Shown here: positions 48,840 to 59,964 of the stretch, piece after piece
How the letters are laid out: every line of letters begins with the position of its first letter
Numbering within the stretch: the stretch's first letter is position 1
Assembly: GCA_963836075.1 (NCBI GenBank)
Contig: CAWIIB010000009.1
Location: 2,496,001-2,560,000, forward strand
Direction of reading: 5' to 3'
DNA from: an uncultured Acidobacteriota bacterium
GTDB taxonomy: Bacteria; Acidobacteriota; JAQAZP01
Length of the DNA stretch: 64,000 bases
Notes under the pieces: generated by a model
Seen by the model: only the letters and a program-made list of their open reading frames with translations
What the model was told of the DNA's origin: nothing
Databases searched by the model: none
Made by a program: the position numbers and the translations under genes

Positions 48840-51619
48840 GAAACCTTTGTCTGGTACTGGCGGTCTGCATCGTTCTGGTGCTGCCCGCCTGCTCCCTCAA
48901 GCACGGCGCCGTGGACCCGGTCCCGGCTGCTGCGACAGAGGGGGGGCGTGTCGTCCTGACAGATTTCAACTACCTGGACGAGGGGGATCGGACGCGGGTC
49001 ATCATCGAGTCGAATCTTCCTTATGACTTCACCACCTACAACGCCCGGGAAGACCTCTTCGTGCTGGAAATGTCCGAGGTGGACACCGATGCCATGCCCG
49101 AGGAGATCGCCGTGGAGTCCCGGGCGGTGGACTCGGTCCGGGTCGTCCGGGTGCCTGAAGAGGCGGGACGCTCGATGAGCAGGGTGGAATTCCACCTCAG
49201 CAATCCCCAGGCAGTGGATGTGCTGGTGGAGGGGAACCAGCTCTACCTCGACTTCTCCGCTTCTGAGCGGCCGGTGCTCGCGGCCACCAATACCGAGGTG
49301 GCGATCACCGAGGAAGCCCACTATGCCGACCATTCGGATGCCGATCTCGAATTCGGCGATGTCGCCGGGCTGGAGTCTCCGGTGGAGAAGTCTCCGCTGG
49401 TGACCGCCAGCGAGACCACGCCGTTGCCGGCGCCGGTGGAAATCGCAAGCCTCGAGGAGCCGGCGGCCCGGGAAAGCGCGCCGCCGGCCCTGACCGCCCC
49501 GCCACCCGCGGCGTCATGGGAAGAGCCGCTGAGGCCTGCCGCAGTGGTCAGCCTCATCGAAGCGGATGTGGAAGGGGACACGGTGACCGTTGCCGTGGCT
49601 GGCGACGGCCGGTTGGCCTGCGATCCCTTTGAGCTGCCCACACCACACCGGCTGGTGCTCGATTTCAGCGGCACGGTAAACCAGGTCAGCAGCCCGGTGC
49701 TGGAGTTGGAGAGCGACCACCTGTTCCGGGTCAGGGTCGCCCAGTTCCAGCACGAGCCGGTGCCGATCACCCGGGTGGTGATGGACCTCAAGGCCGGACC
49801 GGCTGACTACCGCATCGTCGAACGGGGCAGCAGGGTGCTGATCCTCTTCGGTGACGCCATCGATGTCGACCATTCGTCCCGGGAAGAGTTCCCCGGCGAG
49901 CCCCCGGTGGCGGTGGCGGAGGTCATCACTCCGGAGCTGGAGGAACCCGTTGTTGACGCGGAACCGGTGGACACGGTGGATGAAGTCCCGGCCGGTCTTC
50001 CGCCGGCTGAAGAGCCCGTGGTGCAAACGGCGGCCGTGATCGATGAGGACCCGTGGGAGACGGACGCGGCATTCAGCGAGCCCGCGGCGGAAGAGGCGGC
50101 CGTGGAACTGGCGATGGCCGCCGACCCTGAACCGGCCGCGGACGAAGATTTTGCGCCGCCGGTCACCACCCTGGCCGACGACGGTTCCTACTGGATCGAA
50201 AAAACCGAGGAAGCTGCGGCAGTGGAAGTGGCCGAGGCGGCCTTCCCCTTCGACGATGAACTGGACACCGGCGGAGCGGAGTATTTCGCCGCCAGCGGCG
50301 AGGAAGACCTCCAGGAACTCTTTGAAACAAAGACGATCACCGACGAGGCCAAGGGCTACACCGGTGAGCGGATCAGCTTCGAATTCACCGACGCTGACCT
50401 CCAGGCGGTCTTCTTCCTGCTGGCCGATATCAGCGGTGAGAACATCGTTCTCGACCCCTCGGTCCGGGGCAAGGTCTCGATCAAGCTTACCGACGTGCCG
50501 TGGGACCAGGCGCTGGATATCATTCTGCGCAACTTCAACCTCGGCCGGGTGCGGGAAAATAACGTGATCCGGATTGCCCCCACGTCCAAACTCTCCCAGG
50601 AGGAGAAGGAAACCCGCAAGCTGCGCGAGGAGAAGATGCTCAGCGTGCCGCTGATCACCAAGACCCGGGCGCTGAGCTACGCCAAGGCGTCGGAAGTCAG
50701 TCCGATCATCATCAAGAGCATGTCGCCGCGGGACGAAGTCACGGTAGACGAGCGGACCAACATGCTGATCATGAAGATGATCCCCGAGTCGGTGGATCTG
50801 GTGGAGCGGCTCCTCGACCTGCTCGACAGGCCCACACCGCAGGTGATGATCGAATCACGGATCGTGGAAACAACCAAGAGCTTCTCGCGGGCCTTTGGCA
50901 TTCAGTGGGGCTTCCTGGGCATGGCTGACGCCACCACCGGAACCACCACCAACTGGAATTTCCCCAATTCGATCCAGGCCAATGGCGCGGCAGTCTCCAG
51001 CACCCTCGAGCCGGGCATCGTCGGACCGCTGGGCGGCTACGCGGTGAACCTGCCGGCCACCAGTTTCAACAGTGGTTTCGGGCTCAGTCTGGGCAACATC
51101 CTCGACACCTTCCGCCTGGACATGGCGCTCACGGCCATGGAGGCCGACGGCCGGGGCAAGATCCTCTCCTCGCCCAAGGTGGCCACCCAGAACAACAAGA
51201 AGGCGGTCATCGAGAGCGGGACCCAGATCCCGGTGCAGACCACCGCCAACAACACCACCACCACCCAGTTCGTCACCGCGGCTTTGAAGCTGGAGGTGAC
51301 GCCCCAGATCACCGCCGATCAGACCATCATCATGGACGTGGTGGTGGACAAGAGCGCGCCCGATTTCGGGAACCTGGTGGGTGGTATACCGCCGATCCTG
51401 ACCCGCAAGGCGGAGGCGCAGGTGATGGTCAAGGATGGCGGAACCGCGGTGATCGGTGGGATTTTCCAGTGGCGCGAGGCGAACAACGAGGACCGGGTGC
51501 CGTTCTTCGGCAGCATCCCGGTTATCCGACACCTCTTCAGAAACAAGACGGTGACCAGTTCAAATGACGAATTGCTCCTTTTCCTTACGCCCCGAATCAT
51601 CAAGATCAAGGCGTACTGA
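48836..51619 (+). CDS. pilQ: Type IV pilus secretin PilQ with two AMIN domains and a long acidic linker
   Basis: Lipobox LPAC; RLVLDF, RVRVAQF and RVVMDL (AMIN); YTGERISFEF, VPWDQALD, QVMIESRIVE, ILSSPKV, LEVTPQI, VPFFGSIP, ELLLFLTPRI. Confidence 0.96.
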   Translation: MRNLCLVLAVCIVLVLPACSLKHGAVDPVPAAATEGGRVVLTDFNYLDEGDRTRVIIESNLPYDFTTYNAREDLFVLEMSEVDTDAMPEEIAVESRAVDSVRVVRVPEEAGRSMSRVEFHLSNPQAVDVLVEGNQLYLDFSASERPVLAATNTEVAITEEAHYADHSDADLEFGDVAGLESPVEKSPLVTASETTPLPAPVEIASLEEPAARESAPPALTAPPPAASWEEPLRPAAVVSLIEADVEGDTVTVAVAGDGRLACDPFELPTPHRLVLDFSGTVNQVSSPVLELESDHLFRVRVAQFQHEPVPITRVVMDLKAGPADYRIVERGSRVLILFGDAIDVDHSSREEFPGEPPVAVAEVITPELEEPVVDAEPVDTVDEVPAGLPPAEEPVVQTAAVIDEDPWETDAAFSEPAAEEAAVELAMAADPEPAADEDFAPPVTTLADDGSYWIEKTEEAAAVEVAEAAFPFDDELDTGGAEYFAASGEEDLQELFETKTITDEAKGYTGERISFEFTDADLQAVFFLLADISGENIVLDPSVRGKVSIKLTDVPWDQALDIILRNFNLGRVRENNVIRIAPTSKLSQEEKETRKLREEKMLSVPLITKTRALSYAKASEVSPIIIKSMSPRDEVTVDERTNMLIMKMIPESVDLVERLLDLLDRPTPQVMIESRIVETTKSFSRAFGIQWGFLGMADATTGTTTNWNFPNSIQANGAAVSSTLEPGIVGPLGGYAVNLPATSFNSGFGLSLGNILDTFRLDMALTAMEADGRGKILSSPKVATQNNKKAVIESGTQIPVQTTANNTTTTQFVTAALKLEVTPQITADQTIIMDVVVDKSAPDFGNLVGGIPPILTRKAEAQVMVKDGGTAVIGGIFQWREANNEDRVPFFGSIPVIRHLFRNKTVTSSNDELLLFLTPRIIKIKAY

Positions 51620-51704
51620 ACCCGAGGAGCCGCACACGGCTCCGGGGACGGGAGATGAGGAAATGATGAAAGGACCTGGAAACAGAATGAAAAGGAGCAA
51701 CGCC

Positions 51705-52283
51705 ATGATTACAAGACGAGTGGCCCTTGTGGCATGCATCCTGTCGCTCATTGTACTGCCGGCCTGTAACGACAGCATCGATGACGTGGCGTCCCCGGTG
51801 TGGATCTCGGTCTCGTCCATCGAGCCCGCCAGCAGTCCCTTTGGTGACGTGTACGACAGCGAGCTGGGCAGTTTCATGCCCGACACGGTGAAGGTGTCGA
51901 TCACCGCGAACTACAGCAACCAGACCACACCACCCACCGGCACAGCCTATACCACCGTCCAGATCACCAGTTACCGGGTGACCTTTGCGCGGACCGATAA
52001 CGGGGTGGACGTGCCGGCGGGGTTCCAGGAGGCGCTTACCGTCTCGGTGGAAGCCGGGGGCGGCAGTGTGACGGTGGACGGCTTGACCATCGTCCGGGCG
52101 GGCCAGAAGCTGCAGCCGCCACTCTACTACCTGACCCCGTTCTCCTACGGTTTCGAGCCGGGCACCGGGTACACCACCATCTCCTGCAACTGCATCATCG
52201 ACTTCTACGGTCACACGCTGGCCGGCGAGCCGGTGTCGGCCAGTGCGGGCATCGGCATCAACTTTGCCGATTATGCGAACTAG
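51705..52283 (+). CDS. Hypothetical beta-rich lipoprotein downstream of pilQ
   Basis: AAGGAG SD; lipobox LPAC; S/T/V-rich, ending INFADYAN. Confidence 0.75.
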   Translation: MITRRVALVACILSLIVLPACNDSIDDVASPVWISVSSIEPASSPFGDVYDSELGSFMPDTVKVSITANYSNQTTPPTGTAYTTVQITSYRVTFARTDNGVDVPAGFQEALTVSVEAGGGSVTVDGLTIVRAGQKLQPPLYYLTPFSYGFEPGTGYTTISCNCIIDFYGHTLAGEPVSASAGIGINFADYAN

Positions 52284-52400
52284 TTTTTGAGCGGGGGGCG
52301 GTGAAGCCGTGCCCCCTTTGGCCCGATACGAAAGACAGGGCGGAAAACAGACGCCTTCAACAGGAATCGGAAAATGAAATTAGTGCCAGGGGAGGCAATC

Positions 52401-52874
52401 ATGCAAAACTGGATCAGAGTGCTGCTCATCGGGCTGTGCCTTGTGGTCCCTGTCATCCTGCTCGGCTGTAGCAGTCTGGACAACGACACAGGGCCCACCG
52501 ACCCGGGTGGTGGTACAGGGAACAATCCGCCGGGTGGCGGACAGGCGTCTTTCAACATCAGCGTCACGGCCAATCCGCCAGTGCTGGAGGCCGACGGGCT
52601 GGATGTCTCCTTGATCACGGCCCACATCACCGATGCGGCCACCAACCGGAGGGTTCCCAACGGCACGGTGGTCACCGTGCACACCACCCTGGGACTGCTG
52701 AGCACCGGCGACCTCGGTGATGGGGAGCTGACCATCAGTCTGCTGGCCCTGAACGGCCGGGTGGACGCATACCTGTTCAGCGGTACCCGCGCCGGCACTG
52801 CGGTGGTCACCGCCAAGGTGGGGAACAGTACCGGCCACGTGAACGTTCCATTCGTGGCACCGCCGGTACCGTGA
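52401..52874 (+). CDS. Lipoprotein with an Ig-like (Big_1/invasin-type) domain
   Basis: GGAGG SD; lipobox LLGC; VTANPPVLEADG...ITAHITD...VPNGTVV...AGTAVVTA. Confidence 0.75.
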   Translation: MQNWIRVLLIGLCLVVPVILLGCSSLDNDTGPTDPGGGTGNNPPGGGQASFNISVTANPPVLEADGLDVSLITAHITDAATNRRVPNGTVVTVHTTLGLLSTGDLGDGELTISLLALNGRVDAYLFSGTRAGTAVVTAKVGNSTGHVNVPFVAPPVP

Positions 52875-52911
52875 TGTTCCAGCGGCTGTCCGCGGCCGGT
52901 GAGGAAGGCTG

Positions 52912-53646
52912 ATGGCGGATTCATCGGAAGCGAACGGCTCCCTGCGGCTCGAGCGTCTGGAGCGGATCTACGAGGAAAATCCGGGCACCCGTCTCTTCCT
53001 CGCCCTTGCCGAAGAATATTTTCGGGACGGGCAGCTGGAGAAGGCGGTGGAGGTCTGCCGGGGCGGCCTGGAGAGTTTCCCCGGCTACACCTCGGCCAGG
53101 GTGACCCTGGCCCGCTCGCTGATCGACCTGGGGCAGGATGCCGATGCCGAGCGGGAACTGGACGCGGTGCTGGGCAACTCCCCGGACAACCTGCTGGCTT
53201 CGCGGCTCTTTGCGGCGCTGTTGATCCGGCAGGGCCGTCTCGACCAGGCCGAACCGGTGGTTGACCGGTTGCTGGACCTCAGCCCGGACGACGAGGAAGG
53301 CCTGCGCTTCCGGCACCAGCTGGAGCATCCCGGCGAAGTGGAAGCGGAGCCCGCGGCCGTTTCCCGGGGTGAGCAGATCAAGACCTCCACCCTGGCCCGG
53401 CTCTACGAGGAGCAGGGGCTGCACGAGAAAGCCCTGGGGGTCTACGACACGCTGCTGGCCATGAATCCGGACAATCAGGAGATCGCCACCCGCGCCGCCG
53501 CCCTGCGGTCCCGCCTGGCTGAAGAGATGGCCGGAGCACCCGGCGATATTGCTGCCGGGGCCGGTGCCCGACGGCGGATCGAAAGTCTGGGCCGCCTGCT
53601 GGATGCCGCCCGCGCTCTTTCCCCCGACCGCTCGGGGAGCGACTGA
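52912..53646 (+). CDS. Tetratricopeptide repeat protein
   Basis: FLALAEEY...GLESFPGYTSARVTLAR, PDNLLA, TSTLARLYEEQG...ALGVY. Confidence 0.88.
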   Translation: MADSSEANGSLRLERLERIYEENPGTRLFLALAEEYFRDGQLEKAVEVCRGGLESFPGYTSARVTLARSLIDLGQDADAERELDAVLGNSPDNLLASRLFAALLIRQGRLDQAEPVVDRLLDLSPDDEEGLRFRHQLEHPGEVEAEPAAVSRGEQIKTSTLARLYEEQGLHEKALGVYDTLLAMNPDNQEIATRAAALRSRLAEEMAGAPGDIAAGAGARRRIESLGRLLDAARALSPDRSGSD

Positions 53647-53682
53647 CCCGCCGGCAGCGGTTCGGGCCCGCGGGAGAAACCG

Positions 53683-54057
53683 ATGTCCAACATGATCGGC
53701 AATGAGCTTCGCAGACTGGTGCAGCAGGTGGACGGTGCCCGGCGGGCCTCCCTGGTGGGTACCGACGGGCTGGCCATTGCCACCGAACCCCCCGGCGGCA
53801 GCGGGGGGGAGGATAACTGGGAGGATCTGGCCACCGACTACGCCGCGCTGCTCCGCCGGTTGAGCAGCGGGCAGGGCGACCTCTCCTTCGGCCAGCCGCG
53901 GGAACTGCTGCTGCGTGCGGAACAGGCCCAGTTGCTACTGATGCCGGTGAGCGACGATTGTTTTCTCGTTCTCCTGCTGGGTCCGGACAGCCCGGCCGGG
54001 ATGGCGGCCCACCTGATGCGCGGCGCCGGCATGCGTCTCCGGGACGAGCTCGGTTGA
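53683..54057 (+). CDS. Roadblock/LC7 (MglB-like) domain protein
   Basis: LRRLVQQVDGARRASLVGTDGLAI pattern; about 124 aa. Confidence 0.85.
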   Translation: MSNMIGNELRRLVQQVDGARRASLVGTDGLAIATEPPGGSGGEDNWEDLATDYAALLRRLSSGQGDLSFGQPRELLLRAEQAQLLLMPVSDDCFLVLLLGPDSPAGMAAHLMRGAGMRLRDELG

Positions 54058-54067
54058 CGGCCTTTTA

Positions 54068-54097
54068 TTGACTTTCCCCGAATCCGCCCGCTATAAT
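54068..54097 (+). promoter_or_regulatory. sigma70-type promoter for efp-accB-accC
   Basis: TTGACT-18 nt-TATAAT. Confidence 0.7.
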
Positions 54098-54188
54098 TCC
54101 CTGTTGTACAGTCGAACATTATCCACTATCGAAAACCAGCGGATCAGATTCATTTGAAACCGCTTATGGTTAGCAGGAGAGCAGGGCG

Positions 54189-54755
54189 GTGTATTCCACT
54201 TCAGAATTTCGTAACGGCTTGAAGATCCTTTTCAACGACGCGGCCTGTATCATTGTTGAGTTTCAGCACGTGAAGCCCGGCAAGGGTGGTGCGTTCATCC
54301 GCACCCGCATGAAGAACCTGAAGACGGGCCTGATTCTCGAGCACACCTTCCGCTCCGGCGAGAAAGTGGGCAAGCCCGATCTGCAGGAGCGCAACATGCA
54401 GTTTCTCTACAGCTCGGACGATGAATTCAACTTCATGGACATGGACAACTACGAACAGGTCCAGATCAGCGGCGAAATGCTTGGTGACAAGGTCGGGCTC
54501 CTCGGCGAGAACCAGGAGGTGGTGATGCTCTTCCATGGTTCGGAAGTCCTGGGTATGGAACTCCCGATGTTCATCGAAATCCCCATCGCCGAGACCAGCC
54601 CCGGGGTTCGTGGCGACACGGCCTCCGGCGGCTCCAAACCGGCCACCCTGGAGACCGGGGCGGTGATCAACGTGCCGCTGTTCCTCAACGAGGGGGACGT
54701 GGTCAAGGTCGATACCCGCACCGGGGATTACGTGGAACGCGTATCCGCCCGCTGA
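54189..54755 (+). CDS. efp: Elongation factor P
   Basis: [36 protein letters not shown]. Confidence 0.98.
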   Translation: MYSTSEFRNGLKILFNDAACIIVEFQHVKPGKGGAFIRTRMKNLKTGLILEHTFRSGEKVGKPDLQERNMQFLYSSDDEFNFMDMDNYEQVQISGEMLGDKVGLLGENQEVVMLFHGSEVLGMELPMFIEIPIAETSPGVRGDTASGGSKPATLETGAVINVPLFLNEGDVVKVDTRTGDYVERVSAR

Positions 54756-54824
54756 CGGGTCGTCACCCGAAGGCAGGCACAGCCACCGGCCGCCGCTGGC
54801 GGTCAGAGACGGAGCAAGCAAAGC

Positions 54825-55334
54825 GTGAACTTCGAAGAAATCAAGGAACTGGTCGAGATCATCTCCACCCGCAACGTCAACGAGTTCGAGATGGAGCGGG
54901 CAGGCATCAAAATCCGTATCAGCAAGAATCAGCCGGCGGCCCAGGTTGCACCTGCACCCGCTCCAGTGATCTCCCTCAGCCCGCCCGTGGCCGGCGCGGG
55001 CGATGCGCTGACCAGTCCCCAGCCGCCGGTGGTGGCGCCGCCGGCCACCCCCGCGGGCAGCGCCGCGGCGCCGGCCGAGGCGGAGGAGGAAGGGCTGCTG
55101 CTGGTCAAGTCACCGATGGTGGGCACCTTCTATGCCGCCCCGAGCCCCGAATCCCCGCCCTATACCAAGAGTGGCGACGAAGTCTCGCCGGGCAAGGTGC
55201 TCTGTATCGTCGAAGCGATGAAGCTGATGAACGAGATCGAGAGCGAAGTCAGCGGCACCGTGGTCAAGGTTTACCCCGAGAACGGCCAGCCGGTGGAGTT
55301 CGGCGAGATCCTGTTCTCCATTCGGCCACGGTAA
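54825..55334 (+). CDS. accB: Acetyl-CoA carboxylase biotin carboxyl carrier protein
   Basis: [17 protein letters not shown] biotinylation motif, Pro/Ala linker. Confidence 0.97.
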   Translation: MNFEEIKELVEIISTRNVNEFEMERAGIKIRISKNQPAAQVAPAPAPVISLSPPVAGAGDALTSPQPPVVAPPATPAGSAAAPAEAEEEGLLLVKSPMVGTFYAAPSPESPPYTKSGDEVSPGKVLCIVEAMKLMNEIESEVSGTVVKVYPENGQPVEFGEILFSIRPR

Positions 55335-55372
55335 CCGGTCCCCAGCCGGTTCATGGAAAGCGGTTCCCATAC

Positions 55373-56731
55373 ATGTTCAAGAAAATTCTGATTGCCAACC
55401 GGGGGGAGATAGCGCTCCGCACCATCTGGGCCTGCCGGGAACTGGGGGTGAAGACGGTGGCGGTCTATTCTTCGGAAGATGCCGACTCTCTTCATGTCCG
55501 CTTTGCCGATGAGGACATCTGTATCGGACCGGCACCGAACAAGGCCAGTTACCTCAATATTCCGGCGGTGATCAGCGCCGCCGAGCTCACCGGCGCCGAC
55601 GGCATCCACCCCGGATACGGTTTCCTGGCGGAAAACGCCCATTTTGCCGAGATCTGCAACGCCTGCCGCATCACCTTCATCGGGCCCGACCCGTCGGTGA
55701 TCAGGAATATGGGCGACAAGGCCAAGGCCCGGGAAACCATGATCGCCGCCGGGGTGCCGGTGGTGCCGGGCAGCGAAGGGGTGGTGAAGACCGAAGAACA
55801 GGCCCTGGAACTGGCCGAGGGGATCGGCTACCCGGTGATCCTCAAGGCCGCCGCCGGCGGCGGCGGCAAGGGGATGCGCACGGCTTTCTCGAGCACCGAA
55901 CTGCGCGATTCATTCAAGCTGACCCAGGCCGAGGCAGTCTCCGCCTTCGGCAACGGCACCCTCTACCTTGAAAAGTTTCTGGTCAATCCGCGCCACGTGG
56001 AGTTCCAGATCCTCGGTGACACCCAGGGCAACGTGCAGCAGCTGGGAGAGCGCGACTGCTCGATCCAGCGGCGGCACCAGAAACTGATCGAGGAGTCGCC
56101 CTCCCCGGCCCTCAACCCGGAACTGCGGGCGAAGATGGCCGCCACCGCGGTGGCCGCGGCCAGGGCGGTGAACTACACCAGCGTGGGCACCATCGAGTTC
56201 CTGCTGGACAGCGACCACAACTACTACTTCATGGAGATGAACACCCGGATCCAGGTGGAGCACCCGGTGACCGAGATGGTGATGGGGGTGGACCTGATCA
56301 AGGAGCAGATCCGCATCGCCGCCGGCGAGCCGCTGTCCGAGCGGCTGGGAAGTTTCAATCACCGGGGCCACAGCATCGAGTGCCGGATCAATGCCGAAGA
56401 CCCGGAGACCTTCGCCCCCTGCCCGGGAAACATCACCGATCTCTACTTCCCCGGCGGCCCCGGTGTGCGCTTCGACTCGGCGCTACACGGGGCGAGCAAA
56501 GTCTCCCGCTACTACGATTCGTTGATCGCCAAGGTGATCACCCACGGCGCCGACCGCACCGAGGCCCTGGTCCGTATGCGCCGGGCCCTGCAGGCGGTGG
56601 TCATCGAGGGGGTGAAGACGTCGATCCCCTTCCTGCTGCAGGTGATCGAGGACCCGGACTTCATCAAGGGCGAGTATTCCACCGGGTACCTGGAGAAGTT
56701 CATGGCCCGCAAGAAAGCCGGGCAGTCCTGA
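55373..56731 (+). CDS. accC: Acetyl-CoA carboxylase biotin carboxylase
   Basis: [54 protein letters not shown]. Confidence 0.98.
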   Translation: MFKKILIANRGEIALRTIWACRELGVKTVAVYSSEDADSLHVRFADEDICIGPAPNKASYLNIPAVISAAELTGADGIHPGYGFLAENAHFAEICNACRITFIGPDPSVIRNMGDKAKARETMIAAGVPVVPGSEGVVKTEEQALELAEGIGYPVILKAAAGGGGKGMRTAFSSTELRDSFKLTQAEAVSAFGNGTLYLEKFLVNPRHVEFQILGDTQGNVQQLGERDCSIQRRHQKLIEESPSPALNPELRAKMAATAVAAARAVNYTSVGTIEFLLDSDHNYYFMEMNTRIQVEHPVTEMVMGVDLIKEQIRIAAGEPLSERLGSFNHRGHSIECRINAEDPETFAPCPGNITDLYFPGGPGVRFDSALHGASKVSRYYDSLIAKVITHGADRTEALVRMRRALQAVVIEGVKTSIPFLLQVIEDPDFIKGEYSTGYLEKFMARKKAGQS

Positions 56732-56756
56732 TCCCCCCCATCACTTCGGGAGGACC

Positions 56757-58274
56757 ATGCAGAGAGCGCAGGGAGAGCGGTTCAACACACGCCACGCCCT
56801 GATTCTCGCCGCTCTCGGCATGGCCATCGGCACCGGCAACATCTGGCGTTTTCCCCGGGTGGCGGCCCAGCACGCCGAGCATGGCGCCGGTGCGTTCATC
56901 ATCGCCTGGCTGGCCGGCCTGGTCCTCTGGTCGGTACCGCTGCTGATGGTGGAGCTCTCCATGGGCCGCCGCACACGCTTGGGCACGGTGGGCAGTTTCG
57001 GTCGGCTGCTGGGCCCCGGCAAGACCTGGATGGGCGGCTGGGTCACCCTCTGCTCGGTGGCCATCCTCTTCTATTACGCAGTGATCACCGGCTGGTGCTT
57101 CCGCTACCTGGCCGCGGCCGTGGTTGGCTGGGACAGCAGCGGGTCCGAAGGCGTGGGGGCCATCGATGCCTGGCTGGCCTTCAGCGGCTCGTGGCAGCCG
57201 GTGCTTTTCCTTTTTCTGGCCCTCACTGCCGCCGTCGCGGTGGTGGCCGGTGGGGCGGTGCGCGGCATCGAGCGGGCCAACCGGCTGCTGATCCCGGTGC
57301 TTTTCGGCCTGCTGGTGCTGGGGGCGGCCCGCACCCTGACCCTCCCCGGCGCCGGGGAGGGTGTGGCCTTCCTCTTCCGGCTCCACCCGCCCGATTTCCT
57401 CCAGCACCGGCTCTGGCTCGACGCCCTGACCCAGTCGGCCTGGTCCACCGGTGCCGGGTGGGGGCTCCTGCTGACCTATGCCGTCTACTCCCGGCGTGAC
57501 CAGCCGGTGGCGGGAAGCTGTCTGATCACCGGCCTGGGCAACAACTGCGCCTCGCTGCTGGCCGCACTGATGATCATTCCCACCGCCTTTGCCGCCCTGC
57601 CCGCCGCCGCGGCCCAGGAGATCCTCGGCCAGTCGGGGCCGGCCAACACCGGCATGGCCTTTATCTGGATTCCCCACCTGCTGAACCAGTTCCCGGCGGG
57701 CCGTTTCTTCCTGGTGCTCTTTTTCCTGGCCCTCAGCCTGGCCGCGCTCACCTCGCTGATCTCGCTGGTGGAACTGCCGGTGCGCAACCTGATCGACGGC
57801 GGGCTCACCCGCCGCCGGGCACTGGGCCTGGTCTGGGGGGGCTGCTTCCTCTTCGGTCTGCCCTCGGCCCTCTCCCTCCGTTTTCTGGAAAACCAGGACT
57901 GGGTCTGGAGCGTGGGGCTGCTGGTCAGCGGTTTCCTCTTCTCTCTGGCGGCCATCCTCTACGGCCTGAAACGCTTCCGCTCCACCCTCGGCGGCAGGGG
58001 CGTCGAACAGCCGGCCGGGCGCTGGTTCAGCTTGCTGGTCGGCATCGTGATCCCGCTGGAGTTTGCGTTGCTCTTCATCTGGTGGCTCTGGCAGTCCACC
58101 GGCTGGGCCACCGGCGGCAGCTGGTGGAACCCCCTGGAGCCCTTCGGCGGCGGTACCTGCCTCCTGCAGTGGGGCGTGGTGCTGGGGCTGCTGCTCCTGC
58201 TGGGGCCGCGGCTCTACCGCTGGACCGCCGGGCGCAGCGCTGCCGCGGCGGACGAACCCGGGGCCGCTGACTGA
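56757..58274 (+). CDS. Sodium-dependent transporter, NSS/SNF family
   Basis: GMAIGTGNIWRFP, FYYAVITGW, GIERAN, ALTQSAWSTGAGWG, TSLIS. Confidence 0.92.
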   Translation: MQRAQGERFNTRHALILAALGMAIGTGNIWRFPRVAAQHAEHGAGAFIIAWLAGLVLWSVPLLMVELSMGRRTRLGTVGSFGRLLGPGKTWMGGWVTLCSVAILFYYAVITGWCFRYLAAAVVGWDSSGSEGVGAIDAWLAFSGSWQPVLFLFLALTAAVAVVAGGAVRGIERANRLLIPVLFGLLVLGAARTLTLPGAGEGVAFLFRLHPPDFLQHRLWLDALTQSAWSTGAGWGLLLTYAVYSRRDQPVAGSCLITGLGNNCASLLAALMIIPTAFAALPAAAAQEILGQSGPANTGMAFIWIPHLLNQFPAGRFFLVLFFLALSLAALTSLISLVELPVRNLIDGGLTRRRALGLVWGGCFLFGLPSALSLRFLENQDWVWSVGLLVSGFLFSLAAILYGLKRFRSTLGGRGVEQPAGRWFSLLVGIVIPLEFALLFIWWLWQSTGWATGGSWWNPLEPFGGGTCLLQWGVVLGLLLLLGPRLYRWTAGRSAAAADEPGAAD

Positions 58275-58422
58275 TCCGTTGCCGGGGCTCCGGTTTTGCG
58301 TGGCGCGGCCTGCTGTTCTATACTATGTGCACGGGAGCCGGGGGGGCGTCACAAGATCCTGGGGTATCCCACTGCACTTCAATGCGCGGACCATCAACAG
58401 GCATTTCCGGGGGTGTGTGTCC

Positions 58423-59964
58423 ATGGCCATGACTACGGGCTGCGGGGATCGTGAAAAGTGGGGATCCCGCATCGGATTCGTGATGGCTGCCGCCGGTTCG
58501 GCTGTGGGCCTGGGCAATATCTGGAGTTTCCCCTACCTCGCCGGCAAGCACGGCGGCGCCGCCTTCCTCCTGCTCTACCTCTCCTGTGTGGTGCTGGTGG
58601 GGCTGCCGGTGATGCTCACCGAACTGATCATTGGCCGCCGTTCGGAAAAGAATCCGGTGGGAGCCTACGCCGCGCTGAAGCCCGGCACGCCCTGGTATCT
58701 GGTGGGTGGTATGGGCGTGGCCGCGGGGTTCATCATCCTCTCCTTTTACAGCGTGGTGGCCGGCTGGGTGCTGGGCTACTTCATCGAATCGCTTACCGGC
58801 ACGCTGAGCCGGATGGATACCCCGGCGCTTGCCACCTATTTTGACAATTTTGCCGCGAACCCCTGGAAAGCCGTGGGCTACCACTTGGCCTTCATCGGTC
58901 TCTGCGTGATGATCGTCATTCAGGGGGTCCGGGGCGGAATCGAGCGCTGGAGCAAGATCCTGATGCCGGTGCTCTTCCTGCTGCTGATCATCCTCGTGCT
59001 GCGCGGCCTGACCCTGCCCGGGTCGTCGGGCGGCGTGCGCTTCCTCTTTGCGCCCGACTGGAGCAAACTCAACGCCGAGACATTCATGGCCGCTCTGGGC
59101 CAGGCCTGCTTCACGCTCTCCATCGGCATGGGGGCGATGATCACCTACGGCAGTTACATGAGCCGGCGGGACAACCTGCCCTGCGCCACCCTGCAGGTCA
59201 GCGCCATGGATACCTTTATTGCGCTGCTGGCCGGGATGGCCATCTTTCCGGCGGTCTTCGCCCTCGGGCTCCAGCCCGGCGAGGGGCCGGGCCTGCTGTT
59301 CAAGACCCTGCCCTCGGTATTCAACCAGCTGCCGGGCGGCGGTGTCTTCTCCTCGCTCTTTTTCTTCCTGGTGGTGATCGCCGCCATCACCTCGGGCATC
59401 TCGCTGCTGGAGGTGGTCACCGCCTACATGGTGGACGAGCGGGGGATGTCGCGCCGCCAGGCGGCCGTGATCTTCGGCGGCGTGATCTTTCTCCTCGGCA
59501 TCCCCTCGGCCCTCTCCAGCGGGGCCAGCGACTTCTTCACCAATTTCACCGCCCGGGTGGGCGGGCTGGTGGGGCTGGGCAGCCCTGGTGGCGCCGGGAT
59601 GTCCTTTTTTGATTTCGCCTTCCACATTTCCGCCGACTACATGCTGCCCCTGGGGTCGTTCCTCTGCTGCATTTTCATCGGCTGGGCCGTGGGAAAGCGG
59701 ATCGCCGTCGCCGAGGTCCGGGACGGCAACCCGGCGTTCCCCACGGCCCCGATCTGGATCTTCCTGGTGCGCTACCTCTCGCCTTTTCTGGTGGGCCAGA
59801 TCCTGCTCTTCGGCATCCTCGGTGAATTCCGCACCGCGTCGGTGAGCGCCTTTTCCAGCTCGCTGATGTCGCTGCTGGTCAAGATCGACGTTACCCTGGC
59901 CGTCATCTTCTTTCTGGTCAGCGCCTGGTATCTGATCTTCGGCCGCCAGCGGGGACGTCCGTGA
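58423..59964 (+). CDS. Sodium-dependent transporter, NSS/SNF family (second paralog)
   Basis: REKWGSRIGF, AGSAVGLGNIWSFPY, SFYSVVAGW, GIERWSK, ALGQACFTLSIG, TSGISLLE. Confidence 0.94.
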   Translation: MAMTTGCGDREKWGSRIGFVMAAAGSAVGLGNIWSFPYLAGKHGGAAFLLLYLSCVVLVGLPVMLTELIIGRRSEKNPVGAYAALKPGTPWYLVGGMGVAAGFIILSFYSVVAGWVLGYFIESLTGTLSRMDTPALATYFDNFAANPWKAVGYHLAFIGLCVMIVIQGVRGGIERWSKILMPVLFLLLIILVLRGLTLPGSSGGVRFLFAPDWSKLNAETFMAALGQACFTLSIGMGAMITYGSYMSRRDNLPCATLQVSAMDTFIALLAGMAIFPAVFALGLQPGEGPGLLFKTLPSVFNQLPGGGVFSSLFFFLVVIAAITSGISLLEVVTAYMVDERGMSRRQAAVIFGGVIFLLGIPSALSSGASDFFTNFTARVGGLVGLGSPGGAGMSFFDFAFHISADYMLPLGSFLCCIFIGWAVGKRIAVAEVRDGNPAFPTAPIWIFLVRYLSPFLVGQILLFGILGEFRTASVSAFSSSLMSLLVKIDVTLAVIFFLVSAWYLIFGRQRGRP

